Positions 28,455-38,114 of a DNA stretch of 43,701 nucleotides are shown piece after piece; within the stretch, counting starts at the first letter, position 1, and each line of letters starts with the position of its first letter. Source of the stretch: a virus (Duplodnaviria; Heunggongvirae; Uroviricota; Caudoviricetes); the IMG/VR virus record IMGVR_UViG_2571042636_000008, positions 1 through 43,701 of that record, one strand, 5' to 3'. The translations under genes were made by a program, and so were the position numbers. The notes beneath the pieces are model-generated. The model saw only the letters and a list, made by a program, of their open reading frames with translations, was not told the origin of the DNA and did no database searches.

Positions 28455-28989
28455 CGACAGCACAACGGCGGGATATCTGACCCCCGTCGGTGATTCACCG
28501 CCCTACGATGAGGATCTGGAACGGCTAATCAGCCGCTGGATACGGGGTGTGACAGGGCTGGCTGCCACGCTGGTTTACCCACGCTGGACTGACCAGCAAA
28601 AGCAGATACCCAAAAACGGCACCACCTGGTGCGCGTTCGGTATCACCGGCATTCAGGAGGACTTCAACCCGGCGTACGTGCAGGGCGAAGAGAACACCGA
28701 ACAGTGGTCGCATGAGACCGTGAGCCTGATCTTGTGCTTCTATGGCCCGCAGGGGCTGGCAATGGCCACGCGCTTTCGTGACGGTCTGCTGGTCTCGCAG
28801 AACAATGACGAGCTCAACCGCTCAGGCCTGACATTTCTGCAGCATGGGCGGATCCTCAATCTGCCCGAACTCATCAATAACCAGTGGGTGCGCCGGTACG
28901 ATATCAGCGTTGACCTGCGCCGCAAAATCATCCGCCAGTACGGCATTCAATCGCTGGTCGACGCGCCAGTGCAATTTTTTGGAGATTAA
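28447..28989 (+). CDS. Tail completion/neck-like protein; non-ATG start
   Basis: No in-frame ATG near 5' end; TTG 28447 preceded by GGGGGAA chosen; the track ORF starts at TTG 28366. Confidence 0.45.
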   Translation: MSNDSTTAGYLTPVGDSPPYDEDLERLISRWIRGVTGLAATLVYPRWTDQQKQIPKNGTTWCAFGITGIQEDFNPAYVQGEENTEQWSHETVSLILCFYGPQGLAMATRFRDGLLVSQNNDELNRSGLTFLQHGRILNLPELINNQWVRRYDISVDLRRKIIRQYGIQSLVDAPVQFFGD

Positions 28990-28992
28990 AAC

Positions 28993-30138
28993 ATGGCACA
29001 GGGCTTACCTGTTTCCAATGTCGTTAACGTTGACGTCATCATGTCACCGGTAGCGGCAACGGGGCGAAACTTCGGTGCGCTCCTCATTTTGGGAACCTCT
29101 ACCGTTATTCCGGTTACCGAGCGCATTCGCCAGTATTCGGCCATTGAAGATATCGGCGATGATTTTGGCGTTGACTCCCCGGAATACGAAGCAGCGACCA
29201 TCTTCTTTTCACAATCACCAAAACCCACGCTGGTCTATATCGGCCGTTGGGCGAAGACGCTGGCGGAAGAAGAGGCCGGGACGGTGGAAACCTTGCTACA
29301 GGCCGTTAATGCCTGCCTTCAGTATACCAACTGGTACGGGCTGGCAATTGCCGACAGCGCCGATCTGGTTGAGGCTGACGTGATTTCCGTTGCTGCTGCT
29401 ATTGAGGCATCCAGCTTAAGCCGCATTCTGGCCGTTACCACTGCTGATGTGAATGTGCTGGTGGCCGGAAATACCGACAATATCGGCTACAAACTGAAAG
29501 CCGCTGGCTATGCCCGCACATTCTGGCAGTACAGTTCCAGCAGCAAATACGCCGCTATCTCGGCCTTTGGCCGCGCATTCACGGTGAATTTCACCGGCAG
29601 CAATACCACGATCACACTGAAGTTTAAAACCGAGCCTGGTATTACCTACGAGACGCTGACAACCGCACAGGCCGCAGCCATTGATGCCATTAACGGTAAC
29701 GTCTACGTCTACTACGCCAACGATACGGCAATTATCCAGCAGGGTGTGATGGCGAACGGTGATTTCTTTGATGAGCGGCATGGCCTGGACTGGCTGCAGA
29801 ACTACGTTCAGACCAATCTCTATAACCTGCTTTACACCTCGGCCACCAAAATCCCGCAGACCGACGCAGGCGTAACCCGGTTAATGACCAACGTCGAAGC
29901 CTCACTGGATCAGGCGGTAAATAACGGCCTCATTGCTCCGGGTGTCTGGAACGGTGGCCCGATTGGCCAGATTGAATCCGGGGATACCCTGACCAAGGGT
30001 TACTACGTCTACGCCGACGCGGTAGCTAACCAGGCTCAATCCGACAGGGAAGCGCGTAAGTCGCCGGTAATTCAGGCGGCGATCAAGCTGGCTGGCGCTA
30101 TTCATTATGGCGACGTGCAGATCAATGTGGTGCGATAA
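28993..30138 (+). CDS. Tail sheath protein (DUF3383-like)
   Basis: 381 aa; followed by tube, chaperone and tape measure; family from memory. Confidence 0.6.
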   Translation: MAQGLPVSNVVNVDVIMSPVAATGRNFGALLILGTSTVIPVTERIRQYSAIEDIGDDFGVDSPEYEAATIFFSQSPKPTLVYIGRWAKTLAEEEAGTVETLLQAVNACLQYTNWYGLAIADSADLVEADVISVAAAIEASSLSRILAVTTADVNVLVAGNTDNIGYKLKAAGYARTFWQYSSSSKYAAISAFGRAFTVNFTGSNTTITLKFKTEPGITYETLTTAQAAAIDAINGNVYVYYANDTAIIQQGVMANGDFFDERHGLDWLQNYVQTNLYNLLYTSATKIPQTDAGVTRLMTNVEASLDQAVNNGLIAPGVWNGGPIGQIESGDTLTKGYYVYADAVANQAQSDREARKSPVIQAAIKLAGAIHYGDVQINVVR

Positions 30139-30147
30139 GGAGCGACC

Positions 30148-30591
30148 ATGAGCGGAACCTATAGTTTTATTGACGTCTCGGCATCCCTGACGGGCCCAAC
30201 CGGCAGTATCGATCTGGGCTGCGGCTCGGCGAACTCCGAAGAAGGTATTACGGTTGCGATGACCGAGGCAAAAAACACCATGACCGTCGGCGCCGATGGT
30301 GAGGTGATGCACAGCCTGCACGCCGGTAAGAGCGGCACTATCACGGTAACTTTGCTGAAAACCTCCCCGGTAAACAAAAAGCTCTCGCTGATGTACAACG
30401 CACAGAGCCTGTCCTCGGCGACGTGGGGCAATAACGTCATCGTCATTCGCAACAAAGTATCAGGTGATACCACTACAGCGCGTTCTTGTGCTTTCCAGAA
30501 GCAACCCGATCACGCTAACGCCAAAGTCGGCAATACGGTTTCCTGGGTCTTTGACTGCGGCAAGATTGATCAGCTGCTTGGGGAGTTTTAA
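30148..30591 (+). CDS. Tail tube protein (DUF3277-like)
   Basis: 147 aa with AAGGAG RBS, between sheath and chaperone. Confidence 0.6.
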   Translation: MSGTYSFIDVSASLTGPTGSIDLGCGSANSEEGITVAMTEAKNTMTVGADGEVMHSLHAGKSGTITVTLLKTSPVNKKLSLMYNAQSLSSATWGNNVIVIRNKVSGDTTTARSCAFQKQPDHANAKVGNTVSWVFDCGKIDQLLGEF

Positions 30592-30594
30592 CGG

Positions 30595-31014
30595 ATGGAA
30601 TTTGAAATCAAAGGGGTTAATTACCGAACCGCCAAACTTGACGTATTCCAGCAACTGAAGGTCAGCCGTAAGCTGCTGCCGGTGCTGGCCGGGCTCGTTA
30701 GTGAATTTTCCACGCTGAAAGCGCAGGCCGCTGCGGGTAACTCTGGTGCAGTGCTGGAAAGCGTACTGCCGAAAATTGCCGATACGCTGGCCGCGCTGCC
30801 GGATGAGGACGTTAACGCGGTGATTCATCCGTGCCTGGGCGTTGTTATGCGCCAGCATGAAAAAGGGTGGGTGAAAATTTTCGATCAGGGCGCGCTGATG
30901 TTCGACGATATCGACCTGTTCACGATGCTGCAGTTGGTGGCGCGGGTGGTCGCCGACAGCCTGGGAAATTTTTTGAAAGAACTCCCCGGCAGCGGGACGC
31001 CTACCCAGCCATAG
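30595..31014 (+). CDS. Tail assembly chaperone (short, zero-frame product)
   Basis: 139-aa ORF immediately upstream of tape measure gene. Confidence 0.6.
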   Translation: MEFEIKGVNYRTAKLDVFQQLKVSRKLLPVLAGLVSEFSTLKAQAAAGNSGAVLESVLPKIADTLAALPDEDVNAVIHPCLGVVMRQHEKGWVKIFDQGALMFDDIDLFTMLQLVARVVADSLGNFLKELPGSGTPTQP

Positions 31015-31208
31015 GTCCTGTCCTGGAATCCATGCAAGAAGGTGAGGATTTCCTGATGCGTCCGGTGGATGCCGGGCTTATCCCTTACACCGCCCTGAAA
31101 GATGGATCAGTAGACCTGGCTGATATTGCCCGTATGAATGACTGGCTGGACCTGAAAGCCGATAACGAAAACCGTATAGCGAAATGGAGAGAGGCTAATG
31201 AACGCTGA
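30595..31208 (+). CDS. Tail assembly chaperone, frameshift-extended product (gpGT-like)
   Basis: Joining the zero frame to the -1 frame at 30969-30975 gives about 204 aa; conserved chaperone-frameshift-tape measure synteny. Confidence 0.5.
30969..30975 (+). other. Putative -1 programmed ribosomal frameshift slippery heptamer T TTT TTG
   Basis: XXXYYYZ heptamer in zero frame near chaperone 3' end; the -1 frame stays open to 31208, ending at the tape-measure start. Confidence 0.55.
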
Positions 31209-33114
31209 AACGCTCAAGGACTTTCTGATCTCGCTTGGGTTCAAAGTTGATGAGGCTGGCGCCAGAAAATTCGATGCCGTCGTTGCCGGGACAACGCTTA
31301 AAGCGATTGAACTGGGCGTCAAAGTTGAGGCGGCGGCACTTTCCGTCGTTGCATTCACCGCGAAAATTGCCAGCGGTCTCGACGACCTGTACTGGGCCTC
31401 TCAGCGCACAGGCGCGACGGTGGAGGGCATTAAGCAGATTGGGTATGCGGTTAGTCAGGTTGGCGGCAGTGTCGACGGGGCCCGCGGCTCTCTCGAAAAT
31501 CTTGCCAGGTTCATGCGTAACAATCCCGGCGCTGAGGGTTTTCTGAACCGGCTGGGGGTTCAAACGCGTGATGCCAGCGGTAACATGCGGGATATGGCGA
31601 CGATCTTTACCGGCGTCGGCCAGCGTCTTAGCAGCATGCCGTATTACCGCGCGAACCAGTACGCTCAGATGCTGGGTCTGGATGAAAACACCCTGATGGC
31701 AATGCGTCGCGGTATCGGCCAGTTTAGTGGCGAATACACCGCGATGGCGAAGGCGATCGGCTATAACGCTGATGTGGCCGCCGTCAGCTCCAATAAATTC
31801 ATGACCTCGCTGCGCTTCTTTGGGCTGATGGCAGGCATGGCGCGGGATAAAATCGGCTCCAGTCTCGCTGATGGACTTGCTGGCTCTCTGGACAGGCTGC
31901 GTCGCCAGATCCTGGAAAACTTCCCGAAAATTGAAGGCGCTATAACCGGTACCGTGAAAGGCATTCTCTGGGCTGGCGAGATGGTAGGCAGGGTAATTTA
32001 CCGCCTTATTCAGCTGGGTCAGAGTATCAGCGACTGGTGGGACTCTCTTGATAAGCAGTCGCAGCAGCTGATCGAACTAATTGGAGCGCTAACCGCAGCG
32101 TGGTGGATGCTCAACCGCGCTATGCTCGCATCGCCGATTACGTGGGTTCTCGGTCTTGCCGCTGCCATAGCTTTGCTATGGGAGGATTACCAGACCTGGA
32201 AGGAGGGCGGTAAGAGCCTCATTGACTGGGGTAAATGGAAGCCTGAAGTAGACGCAGCACTGAAGATGGTCGGTGACCTGAAACAGACTGTCCTCGATCT
32301 AGGAAAAGCGCTGGCAAAGCTGCTCAATATCGACCCTAAATCCTGGTCTTTGAAATGGGATTTCAGCAACTTCATTACCCAGATGGGTGAGTTTAGCAAG
32401 ATGCTGAGTATGATCGGCGACCTGCTTAACGCTATCAAGGACGGTCGCTGGTCGGATGCTGCAAGCATTGGCAGGGCTCTTCTCAAACAAGGCAGTAACC
32501 AGCCTGATGCGCTGCCCGGCGTTTCTGACAGTGCCAATAGCGCAGCTGACTGGATAAAGGATAAGACAGGATTTGACCCGCGCAGCATAGGCCGTTTCTT
32601 CCGTGGCGAGGGGAATACGCTTGCAGATCGCAACAATAACCCCGGTAATATTCGGCCCGTAGGCGGTGGTGGCTTTCGTGCGTTTGGTTCTGCGCTGGAA
32701 GGCTGGGAGGCCATGAAAAACCAGCTCATGCGGTACTTTACTGGTAAAACGACCGGGCGCCGCCTGCAGACTATCATGGATATCGTCAGCACCTGGGCAC
32801 CTGCGGCCGATAACAACGATCCTGCCAAATATGCCCGTGATGTTGCTGGCTGGATGGGGGTATCGCCGACGGCAGCATTAAACCTGTCCGACCCCAATAC
32901 GATGGCTATGCTCATGCAGTCTATGGCCCGCAAAGAGGGGTATTCGAACTGGAATAGCCCGCTTGCCCATCAGGCTGCTGGAGCGCAGGTGAATCAGCAA
33001 AACACCTACAACATCTATGGCGGTAATGCTCAGGAAATTGGGCAGGAAGTCAGTCGCCGCCAGCTTGATGCTAATGCCAGGGTGCTGAGAAATAACCAAA
33101 CTGGAGCAGGATGA
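31198..33114 (+). CDS. Tail tape measure protein
   Basis: 638 aa, largest tail gene after the chaperone; helical N-terminal part with hydrophobic segment. Confidence 0.8.
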   Translation: MNAETLKDFLISLGFKVDEAGARKFDAVVAGTTLKAIELGVKVEAAALSVVAFTAKIASGLDDLYWASQRTGATVEGIKQIGYAVSQVGGSVDGARGSLENLARFMRNNPGAEGFLNRLGVQTRDASGNMRDMATIFTGVGQRLSSMPYYRANQYAQMLGLDENTLMAMRRGIGQFSGEYTAMAKAIGYNADVAAVSSNKFMTSLRFFGLMAGMARDKIGSSLADGLAGSLDRLRRQILENFPKIEGAITGTVKGILWAGEMVGRVIYRLIQLGQSISDWWDSLDKQSQQLIELIGALTAAWWMLNRAMLASPITWVLGLAAAIALLWEDYQTWKEGGKSLIDWGKWKPEVDAALKMVGDLKQTVLDLGKALAKLLNIDPKSWSLKWDFSNFITQMGEFSKMLSMIGDLLNAIKDGRWSDAASIGRALLKQGSNQPDALPGVSDSANSAADWIKDKTGFDPRSIGRFFRGEGNTLADRNNNPGNIRPVGGGGFRAFGSALEGWEAMKNQLMRYFTGKTTGRRLQTIMDIVSTWAPAADNNDPAKYARDVAGWMGVSPTAALNLSDPNTMAMLMQSMARKEGYSNWNSPLAHQAAGAQVNQQNTYNIYGGNAQEIGQEVSRRQLDANARVLRNNQTGAG

Positions 33115-33689
33115 TGGATATTCTTTCTACTCTCTTTCAGCAGCAGAGCAGGCGGATCGGGCTGATAGTCCCCAGTGTTGTTATTTCGGAAAAGCACGAT
33201 GACTCGCTTGAAATAACCGAGCATCCCGTAGAGGTCGGCGCAGCAATTTCCGACCATGCATTTCGACGTCCTTCGGAAGTGGTAATGCAGGTCGGTTTCG
33301 CTGGTGGCGGTTCCTTGCTTGACTTTGTAGATACGTCTTCTCTTGGGCTGAGCGTAGGTATTGGCCCGAAGGAGACGTATCAGGAACTGTTAAATCTGCA
33401 GAGCAGCAGGGTGCCTTTAGATGTGGTGACCGGTAAGCGGATTTACACCAATATGCTGATCCGTGCGCTTGAGGTCACTACCGACAGGACGTCGGAAAAT
33501 ATTCTCTCTGCCGTGCTGACGCTCCGGGAAGTGATTATCACAAGCACAACCACCACGCAGGTGGCTCCAAAGTCCAATATGAAGTTAGGGGCGAACACCT
33601 CAGCCGTGCAAAACTCCGGGGTGAAAACGCCAGTGCAAAAAAATGAATCAATATTGAGCCGGTTAAGTGGCTTTGTAGCGGGAGGGTAA
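33111..33689 (+). CDS. Tail/baseplate-associated protein
   Basis: 192-aa ORF, ATGA overlap with tape measure. Confidence 0.5.
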   Translation: MMDILSTLFQQQSRRIGLIVPSVVISEKHDDSLEITEHPVEVGAAISDHAFRRPSEVVMQVGFAGGGSLLDFVDTSSLGLSVGIGPKETYQELLNLQSSRVPLDVVTGKRIYTNMLIRALEVTTDRTSENILSAVLTLREVIITSTTTTQVAPKSNMKLGANTSAVQNSGVKTPVQKNESILSRLSGFVAGG

Positions 33690-33992
33690 ATGACGATCAG
33701 CGAAATCCCTCTTTCCCCGGAAAACCAGCGATTCTCCATATCTGTGGCAGGTCAAAGTCTGCAAATGGCTGTGACCTGGCGTGCTGCTTTCTGGTGTCTG
33801 GATATTATGGATAGCAGCGGTGCGGACCTGATAAAGGGGATCCCGCTTATCACCGGCGCCGACCTGCTGGCGCAGTATCGCTATCTCGGGCTTGGCTTTT
33901 CGCTTTATGTTGGCTGTGACAACCAGTCCAGCGAAAATCCCACTGAGGCCGATCTGGGGATTTACAGCCATCTTTATGCGGTAACGGAGTAA
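33690..33992 (+). CDS. Tail/baseplate-associated small protein
   Basis: 100-aa ORF with GGGAGGG RBS. Confidence 0.5.
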   Translation: MTISEIPLSPENQRFSISVAGQSLQMAVTWRAAFWCLDIMDSSGADLIKGIPLITGADLLAQYRYLGLGFSLYVGCDNQSSENPTEADLGIYSHLYAVTE

Positions 33993-33994
33993 AA

Positions 33995-35056
33995 ATGTCT
34001 CAGAACTGGATGCGGCACTTCGAATTGCAGTTAGTCGATTCGAAGGGGAACGCTACTGATTTTGGTAGCTTCAAGGTCACTTTTACTATCGACTGGTTTA
34101 ACCTCAGCAGCGAAACGCGAGTAGGTACTTTCAAAATCTATAACCTTTCAGCTGATACCGTAAACCGGATCGTCGGTGAGGAATTCTCCCGGATTAGGGT
34201 TATCGCTGGATACGATGGCATTGCAGCTGACGTTCCCGCCAGTCAGGTAGGCGTCGCCAGGACAGTAAACCCCGATGAAGTCGGGCAGATGGACAGTCGA
34301 AATTATGGGCTGATTTTCGACGGGGAAATCCGGTACACCATCACAGGGAAAGATAACCCCGTTGATAGCTTTGTCCTCATTCAGGCGGCTGATTCTGACC
34401 GGGCATTCGCTACCTCGATCACTGCGCAGACGCTGGCGGCTGGCTATACGGTCTCTGACGTCAATGCAGTGCTAATGAAGGACTTCAACGCTAACGGGGC
34501 CACGGAAGGGAATACCCCTACCATGCCTGCAACGGTGTTTCCTCGCGGCAGGGTGCTTTTTGGTATGACCCGGCATCTGATGGATAACGTCGCCGAGCAA
34601 TGCAAGGCTGACTGGATGTTTGTCGACGGCAAGCGGGAAATGGTGGCGAAAAATGAGTTTGTTCACGAAGCCATTAAACTGAACAGCGCCACCGGCCTTG
34701 TAGGTATGCCTCAGCAGACCATTGGTAGTGGCGTTAACGTCCGCTGCCTGATTAACCCTAACATCCGCGTTAATGGCCTGATCGAGCTGAATCAGGCTTC
34801 TGTATTCCGTACCGTGCTGGGAAATAACGATATCGCCATGACGCAAGGGCGTATCACTGACCAGAACAACAACGGAAACATCACCATTGAAGGCACGACT
34901 GCGCAGCCTGCCAGTATTGCGACTGACGGCGTTTATATTGTCCGTGGCATTATGTACACTGGCGACACAAGGGGCCAGGCGTGGTACATGGATATGATGT
35001 GTGAAGCGCGTGGGTCCACGGATCTTTACTCCCAAGGCGCACTTAATCGGGGATAA
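33995..35056 (+). CDS. Baseplate hub/tail protein
   Basis: 353-aa ORF in baseplate block. Confidence 0.55.
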   Translation: MSQNWMRHFELQLVDSKGNATDFGSFKVTFTIDWFNLSSETRVGTFKIYNLSADTVNRIVGEEFSRIRVIAGYDGIAADVPASQVGVARTVNPDEVGQMDSRNYGLIFDGEIRYTITGKDNPVDSFVLIQAADSDRAFATSITAQTLAAGYTVSDVNAVLMKDFNANGATEGNTPTMPATVFPRGRVLFGMTRHLMDNVAEQCKADWMFVDGKREMVAKNEFVHEAIKLNSATGLVGMPQQTIGSGVNVRCLINPNIRVNGLIELNQASVFRTVLGNNDIAMTQGRITDQNNNGNITIEGTTAQPASIATDGVYIVRGIMYTGDTRGQAWYMDMMCEARGSTDLYSQGALNRG

Positions 35057-35059
35057 AAA

Positions 35060-35398
35060 GTGAAAATCTTCACCATCGTTTTTATCGCATTCGCATCCTT
35101 TGGGGCTACCGCCGGTGGCTTCACATCATATTGTGGACCTTACACTTTAGTAGCAAGGGAAGGTGATGTAAGCATTATCAATGGAGAGCGAGTCACCTCT
35201 CAGAAAATAAAATTATTGGGGGAGGACGGCATCAAGATAAACATGGGGATGATGCCTGCCAAAGACGGCAACAACTACGGCTTTCAGTACATCCACCGTC
35301 CTGGTAGTGAATCTCGCTTTCTGAACGTCCAGCTTCTGCAAAACAGCATGGATGCGCCGAAGATTATCGGATCCTTCCCCTGCGTCAAGGTGAAGTGA
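35060..35398 (+). CDS. Moron: small secreted (periplasmic) protein
   Basis: GTG start with GGGGA RBS; signal-peptide-like N-terminus MKIFTIVFIAFASFGATAGG; two Cys; AT-rich relative to flanking baseplate genes. Confidence 0.55.
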   Translation: MKIFTIVFIAFASFGATAGGFTSYCGPYTLVAREGDVSIINGERVTSQKIKLLGEDGIKINMGMMPAKDGNNYGFQYIHRPGSESRFLNVQLLQNSMDAPKIIGSFPCVKVK

Positions 35399-35400
35399 TT

Positions 35401-35847
35401 ATGGAATTTTTCGCAATTATCCTCTTCTTTTTGGCAATAGCCATTGTTACTAGATGGAATAACCATAAGAAAGCTAAAAAGCGGAAAGAAGAAGATAACT
35501 TTATCCATAGTATTGATTATTCTTATCGTCGTCCTGAGGTTAAATCTAAGCCTAAAAATGGTCGTAGAAGAAGCAAGGAGGAAATGCTTGCTGATGGAAT
35601 CGCATATCAAAAATTGATGGGTGATGATTTTAGAAAGTCAGCAAAAGCTACGCAAATCCAGGCGGAAAGAGTCGGATCTAAGAAATATATTTGGCGTGGT
35701 TCTGATTGCTGCCCAAATTGCGATAAGCAGAATGGGAAAACATTCTCTTGGGCAAGACCTCCAAAAACAGGTCACCCAGGAGAAGGAAAATTATGTCCTA
35801 ACGGTTACTGTCGCTGTTGGGCTGAGGTGATAATTCCGAAACCGTAA
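35401..35847 (+). CDS. Moron: membrane-anchored protein with MuF-C-terminal-like Cys/His motif
   Basis: N-terminal TM helix EFFAIILFFLAIAIV; basic linker; C-terminus YIWRGSDCCPNCD...KTFSWARPPKTGHPGEGKLCPNGYCRCWAEVIIP parallels the MuF C-terminus at 22904..23686; strongly AT-rich; terminator follows. Confidence 0.55.
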   Translation: MEFFAIILFFLAIAIVTRWNNHKKAKKRKEEDNFIHSIDYSYRRPEVKSKPKNGRRRSKEEMLADGIAYQKLMGDDFRKSAKATQIQAERVGSKKYIWRGSDCCPNCDKQNGKTFSWARPPKTGHPGEGKLCPNGYCRCWAEVIIPKP

Positions 35848-35868
35848 GGCATTACAAAATTCTATAAA

Positions 35869-35891
35869 AAGCCCACCCATGTGGGTTTTTT
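35869..35891 (+). terminator. Rho-independent terminator after the moron cassette
   Basis: CCCAC-ccat-GTGGG followed by TTTTTT. Confidence 0.55.
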
Positions 35892-35909
35892 ATTGCCTGG
35901 AGTAAGGTA

Positions 35910-36563
35910 ATGGCAATATCCGATAAAACCCGCAGTGGGGCGCTTGCTGAGGTTCTGGCGTCAGAGAGAAGGACGCTCAACGAACAACTTCGCGTTGCAA
36001 TGCCCGGCATCATCCAGTCTTTTGATCCTGACGCAGTGACCGCCGTGGTGCAGCCGGCGATCCGCTACATCGAGCGCGATAACGACGGCAACAAATTAAC
36101 GAATGATTATCCACTGCTGGTAGATGTTCCTGTCGTTTTCCCTCGCGGCGGAGGCTGCACACTGACTTTTCCTGTTAAGGCTGGTGATGAATGCCTTGTT
36201 ATCTTTGCGGACCGCTGTATTGATTTCTGGTGGCAGAGTGGGGGTATTCAGGAGCCGGTAGACGAGCGCATGCATGATTTATCCGATGCCTTCTGCATTG
36301 TCGGCCCGCAGTCGCAGGCGAAGAAAATCGGCGGTATCAGCACCAGTGCGGTAGAGCTGCGCAGTGATGACGGGGAAACAAAGTTGAGCCTTAATCCTGC
36401 CAGTGGAGCTATCAACGGCACGGCGCCGGGAGGTTTTAACCTGAACGGGCTTAAAATTCTCTCGGACGGCCGCCTGCAACTGGTGGATGGCTCAATCGTT
36501 GATAAGCATACGCATGGTGGCGTTGAGCCTGGTGGCAGCAGTACAGCACCACTCGGAGGATGA
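35910..36563 (+). CDS. Baseplate central spike protein (gpV/Gp138-like)
   Basis: 217 aa, Gly-rich C-terminus with HTHGG; GGAGTAAGG RBS. Confidence 0.6.
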   Translation: MAISDKTRSGALAEVLASERRTLNEQLRVAMPGIIQSFDPDAVTAVVQPAIRYIERDNDGNKLTNDYPLLVDVPVVFPRGGGCTLTFPVKAGDECLVIFADRCIDFWWQSGGIQEPVDERMHDLSDAFCIVGPQSQAKKIGGISTSAVELRSDDGETKLSLNPASGAINGTAPGGFNLNGLKILSDGRLQLVDGSIVDKHTHGGVEPGGSSTAPLGG

Positions 36564-36564
36564 T

Positions 36565-36918
36565 ATGCGATACCGTCGAGAAGATGACGATGGGGATTAC
36601 ACCTTCGGTCAGGGCGATGATACCTGGCTGGTTAACTCACCCGAGGCTGTAGCGCAGGCCATTAAAACGCGCTTCCTGCTCTGGTACGGTCAGTGGTTTC
36701 TGGACACCACAGAAGGTACGCCATGGATTCAGTCCGTTCTGGGTAAGCAAAAACCGGATACCTACAACCTCGCTATCCGTAAGCGGATCCTCGAAACGCA
36801 GGGGGTTAGCTCAATCACTGCATTTAACACCACCGTTGACGGTACCACGCGCCGTGTAACGTTCACAGCAACGGTGGAAACCATCTACGGGACAACCACA
36901 GTAACTTCGGAGGCGTAA
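36565..36918 (+). CDS. Baseplate protein (gpW/gp25-like)
   Basis: Start ATG 36565 (MRYRREDDDGDYTFGQG...), about 117 aa, between spike and J-like genes. Confidence 0.5.
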   Translation: MRYRREDDDGDYTFGQGDDTWLVNSPEAVAQAIKTRFLLWYGQWFLDTTEGTPWIQSVLGKQKPDTYNLAIRKRILETQGVSSITAFNTTVDGTTRRVTFTATVETIYGTTTVTSEA

Positions 36919-38114
36919 TGGCTCTGGACCTCGACACACTCGGCTTATCGGCAACGGTAACCGCTGAGGGGATAAGTGCGCCTGATTATCAGACGATACT
37001 CAGCACCCTGATTAGCTATTTTCAGCAGATTTATGGCAGTGATGCCTATCTCGACCCGGACAGCAAAGACGGCCAGATGGTCGCTCTGGTGGCTCTGGCC
37101 ATTCATGATGCCAACAACACGGCTATTTCTGTTTACCGGTCATTTTCTCCGTCGACGGCGCTGGACGATGCATTAACCAGTAACGTCAAAATTAACGGCA
37201 TCGCTCGCCGGGCTGCGACAAATTCTACGGTCGATGAGCTGATCGAAGGTGAGGCCGGAACGTTAATCACAAACGGCTCTGTGAAAGATGCCAACGGCAT
37301 CATCTGGAATCTTCCTGCTCAGGTGACAATTGGTATTGATGGGACGGTTATTGCTACAGCGACGTGTTCTGTTGCTGGCGCTGTGGCGGCCCCTGCCGGG
37401 TCAGTCAATAAGATAAACACCCCGACACGTGGCTGGGTATCAGTAACTAACCCTCAAGCGGCTACCGTTGGCGTTGCTGCCGAAACAAATGCTGAATTGC
37501 GTGTCCGGCAATCACAGAGCGTTGCTTTACCATCTCTGACGCCGTTTGAGGCGGTAGATGGTGCGATAGCAAATATCAGCGGCGTAACCCGTCACAAGCT
37601 GTATGAGAACGATACAGATACCACTGATGCAAATGGCCTGCCGCCGCACTCAATCGCCGCCATTGTAGAAGGTGGTGATGCGACGGTCATTGCAAACAGC
37701 ATTCGTGGTGTGAAAGGGCAGGGCGTAACACCCTACGGTAGTACGGTGATTGTTGTGCCTGATAAGTACGGAAACCCTCACCCGGTAGGTTTTTCAAGGC
37801 CGGTCGATGTACCCATTTACGTCAAAATCACTATCGAACCCCTTACGGGCTACACATCCCAGGTCGGCGAAGAGATAAAGGCGGCTGTATCTGCCTACAT
37901 TAACTCACTGGCAATCGGCGCCAGCGTTCTTCTCAGTCGCGTTTACTCACCGGCTAACCTTGGTGTTGTCAGTGGTGGTAATGCCAGGTATTACGACATT
38001 ACCGAGTTGCTGATCGGGACGTCCGCCGGTGGCGTAGCCGCGGCAAACGTGGATATTGCCTTTGACCAGTCAGCATCCTGCGCCGTCAGCAATATTAATC
38101 TGGTGGTCTCATGA
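36918..38114 (+). CDS. Baseplate J-like protein
   Basis: 398-aa ORF, size and position typical of gpJ/gp6-like wedge proteins. Confidence 0.65.
   Translation: MALDLDTLGLSATVTAEGISAPDYQTILSTLISYFQQIYGSDAYLDPDSKDGQMVALVALAIHDANNTAISVYRSFSPSTALDDALTSNVKINGIARRAATNSTVDELIEGEAGTLITNGSVKDANGIIWNLPAQVTIGIDGTVIATATCSVAGAVAAPAGSVNKINTPTRGWVSVTNPQAATVGVAAETNAELRVRQSQSVALPSLTPFEAVDGAIANISGVTRHKLYENDTDTTDANGLPPHSIAAIVEGGDATVIANSIRGVKGQGVTPYGSTVIVVPDKYGNPHPVGFSRPVDVPIYVKITIEPLTGYTSQVGEEIKAAVSAYINSLAIGASVLLSRVYSPANLGVVSGGNARYYDITELLIGTSAGGVAAANVDIAFDQSASCAVSNINLVVS

Noticed and set aside
32187-32933. 248-aa minus-strand ORF inside the tape measure gene
   Set aside because: Antisense shadow ORF
34472-35035. 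187-aa minus-strand ORF inside the baseplate hub gene
   Set aside because: Antisense shadow ORF
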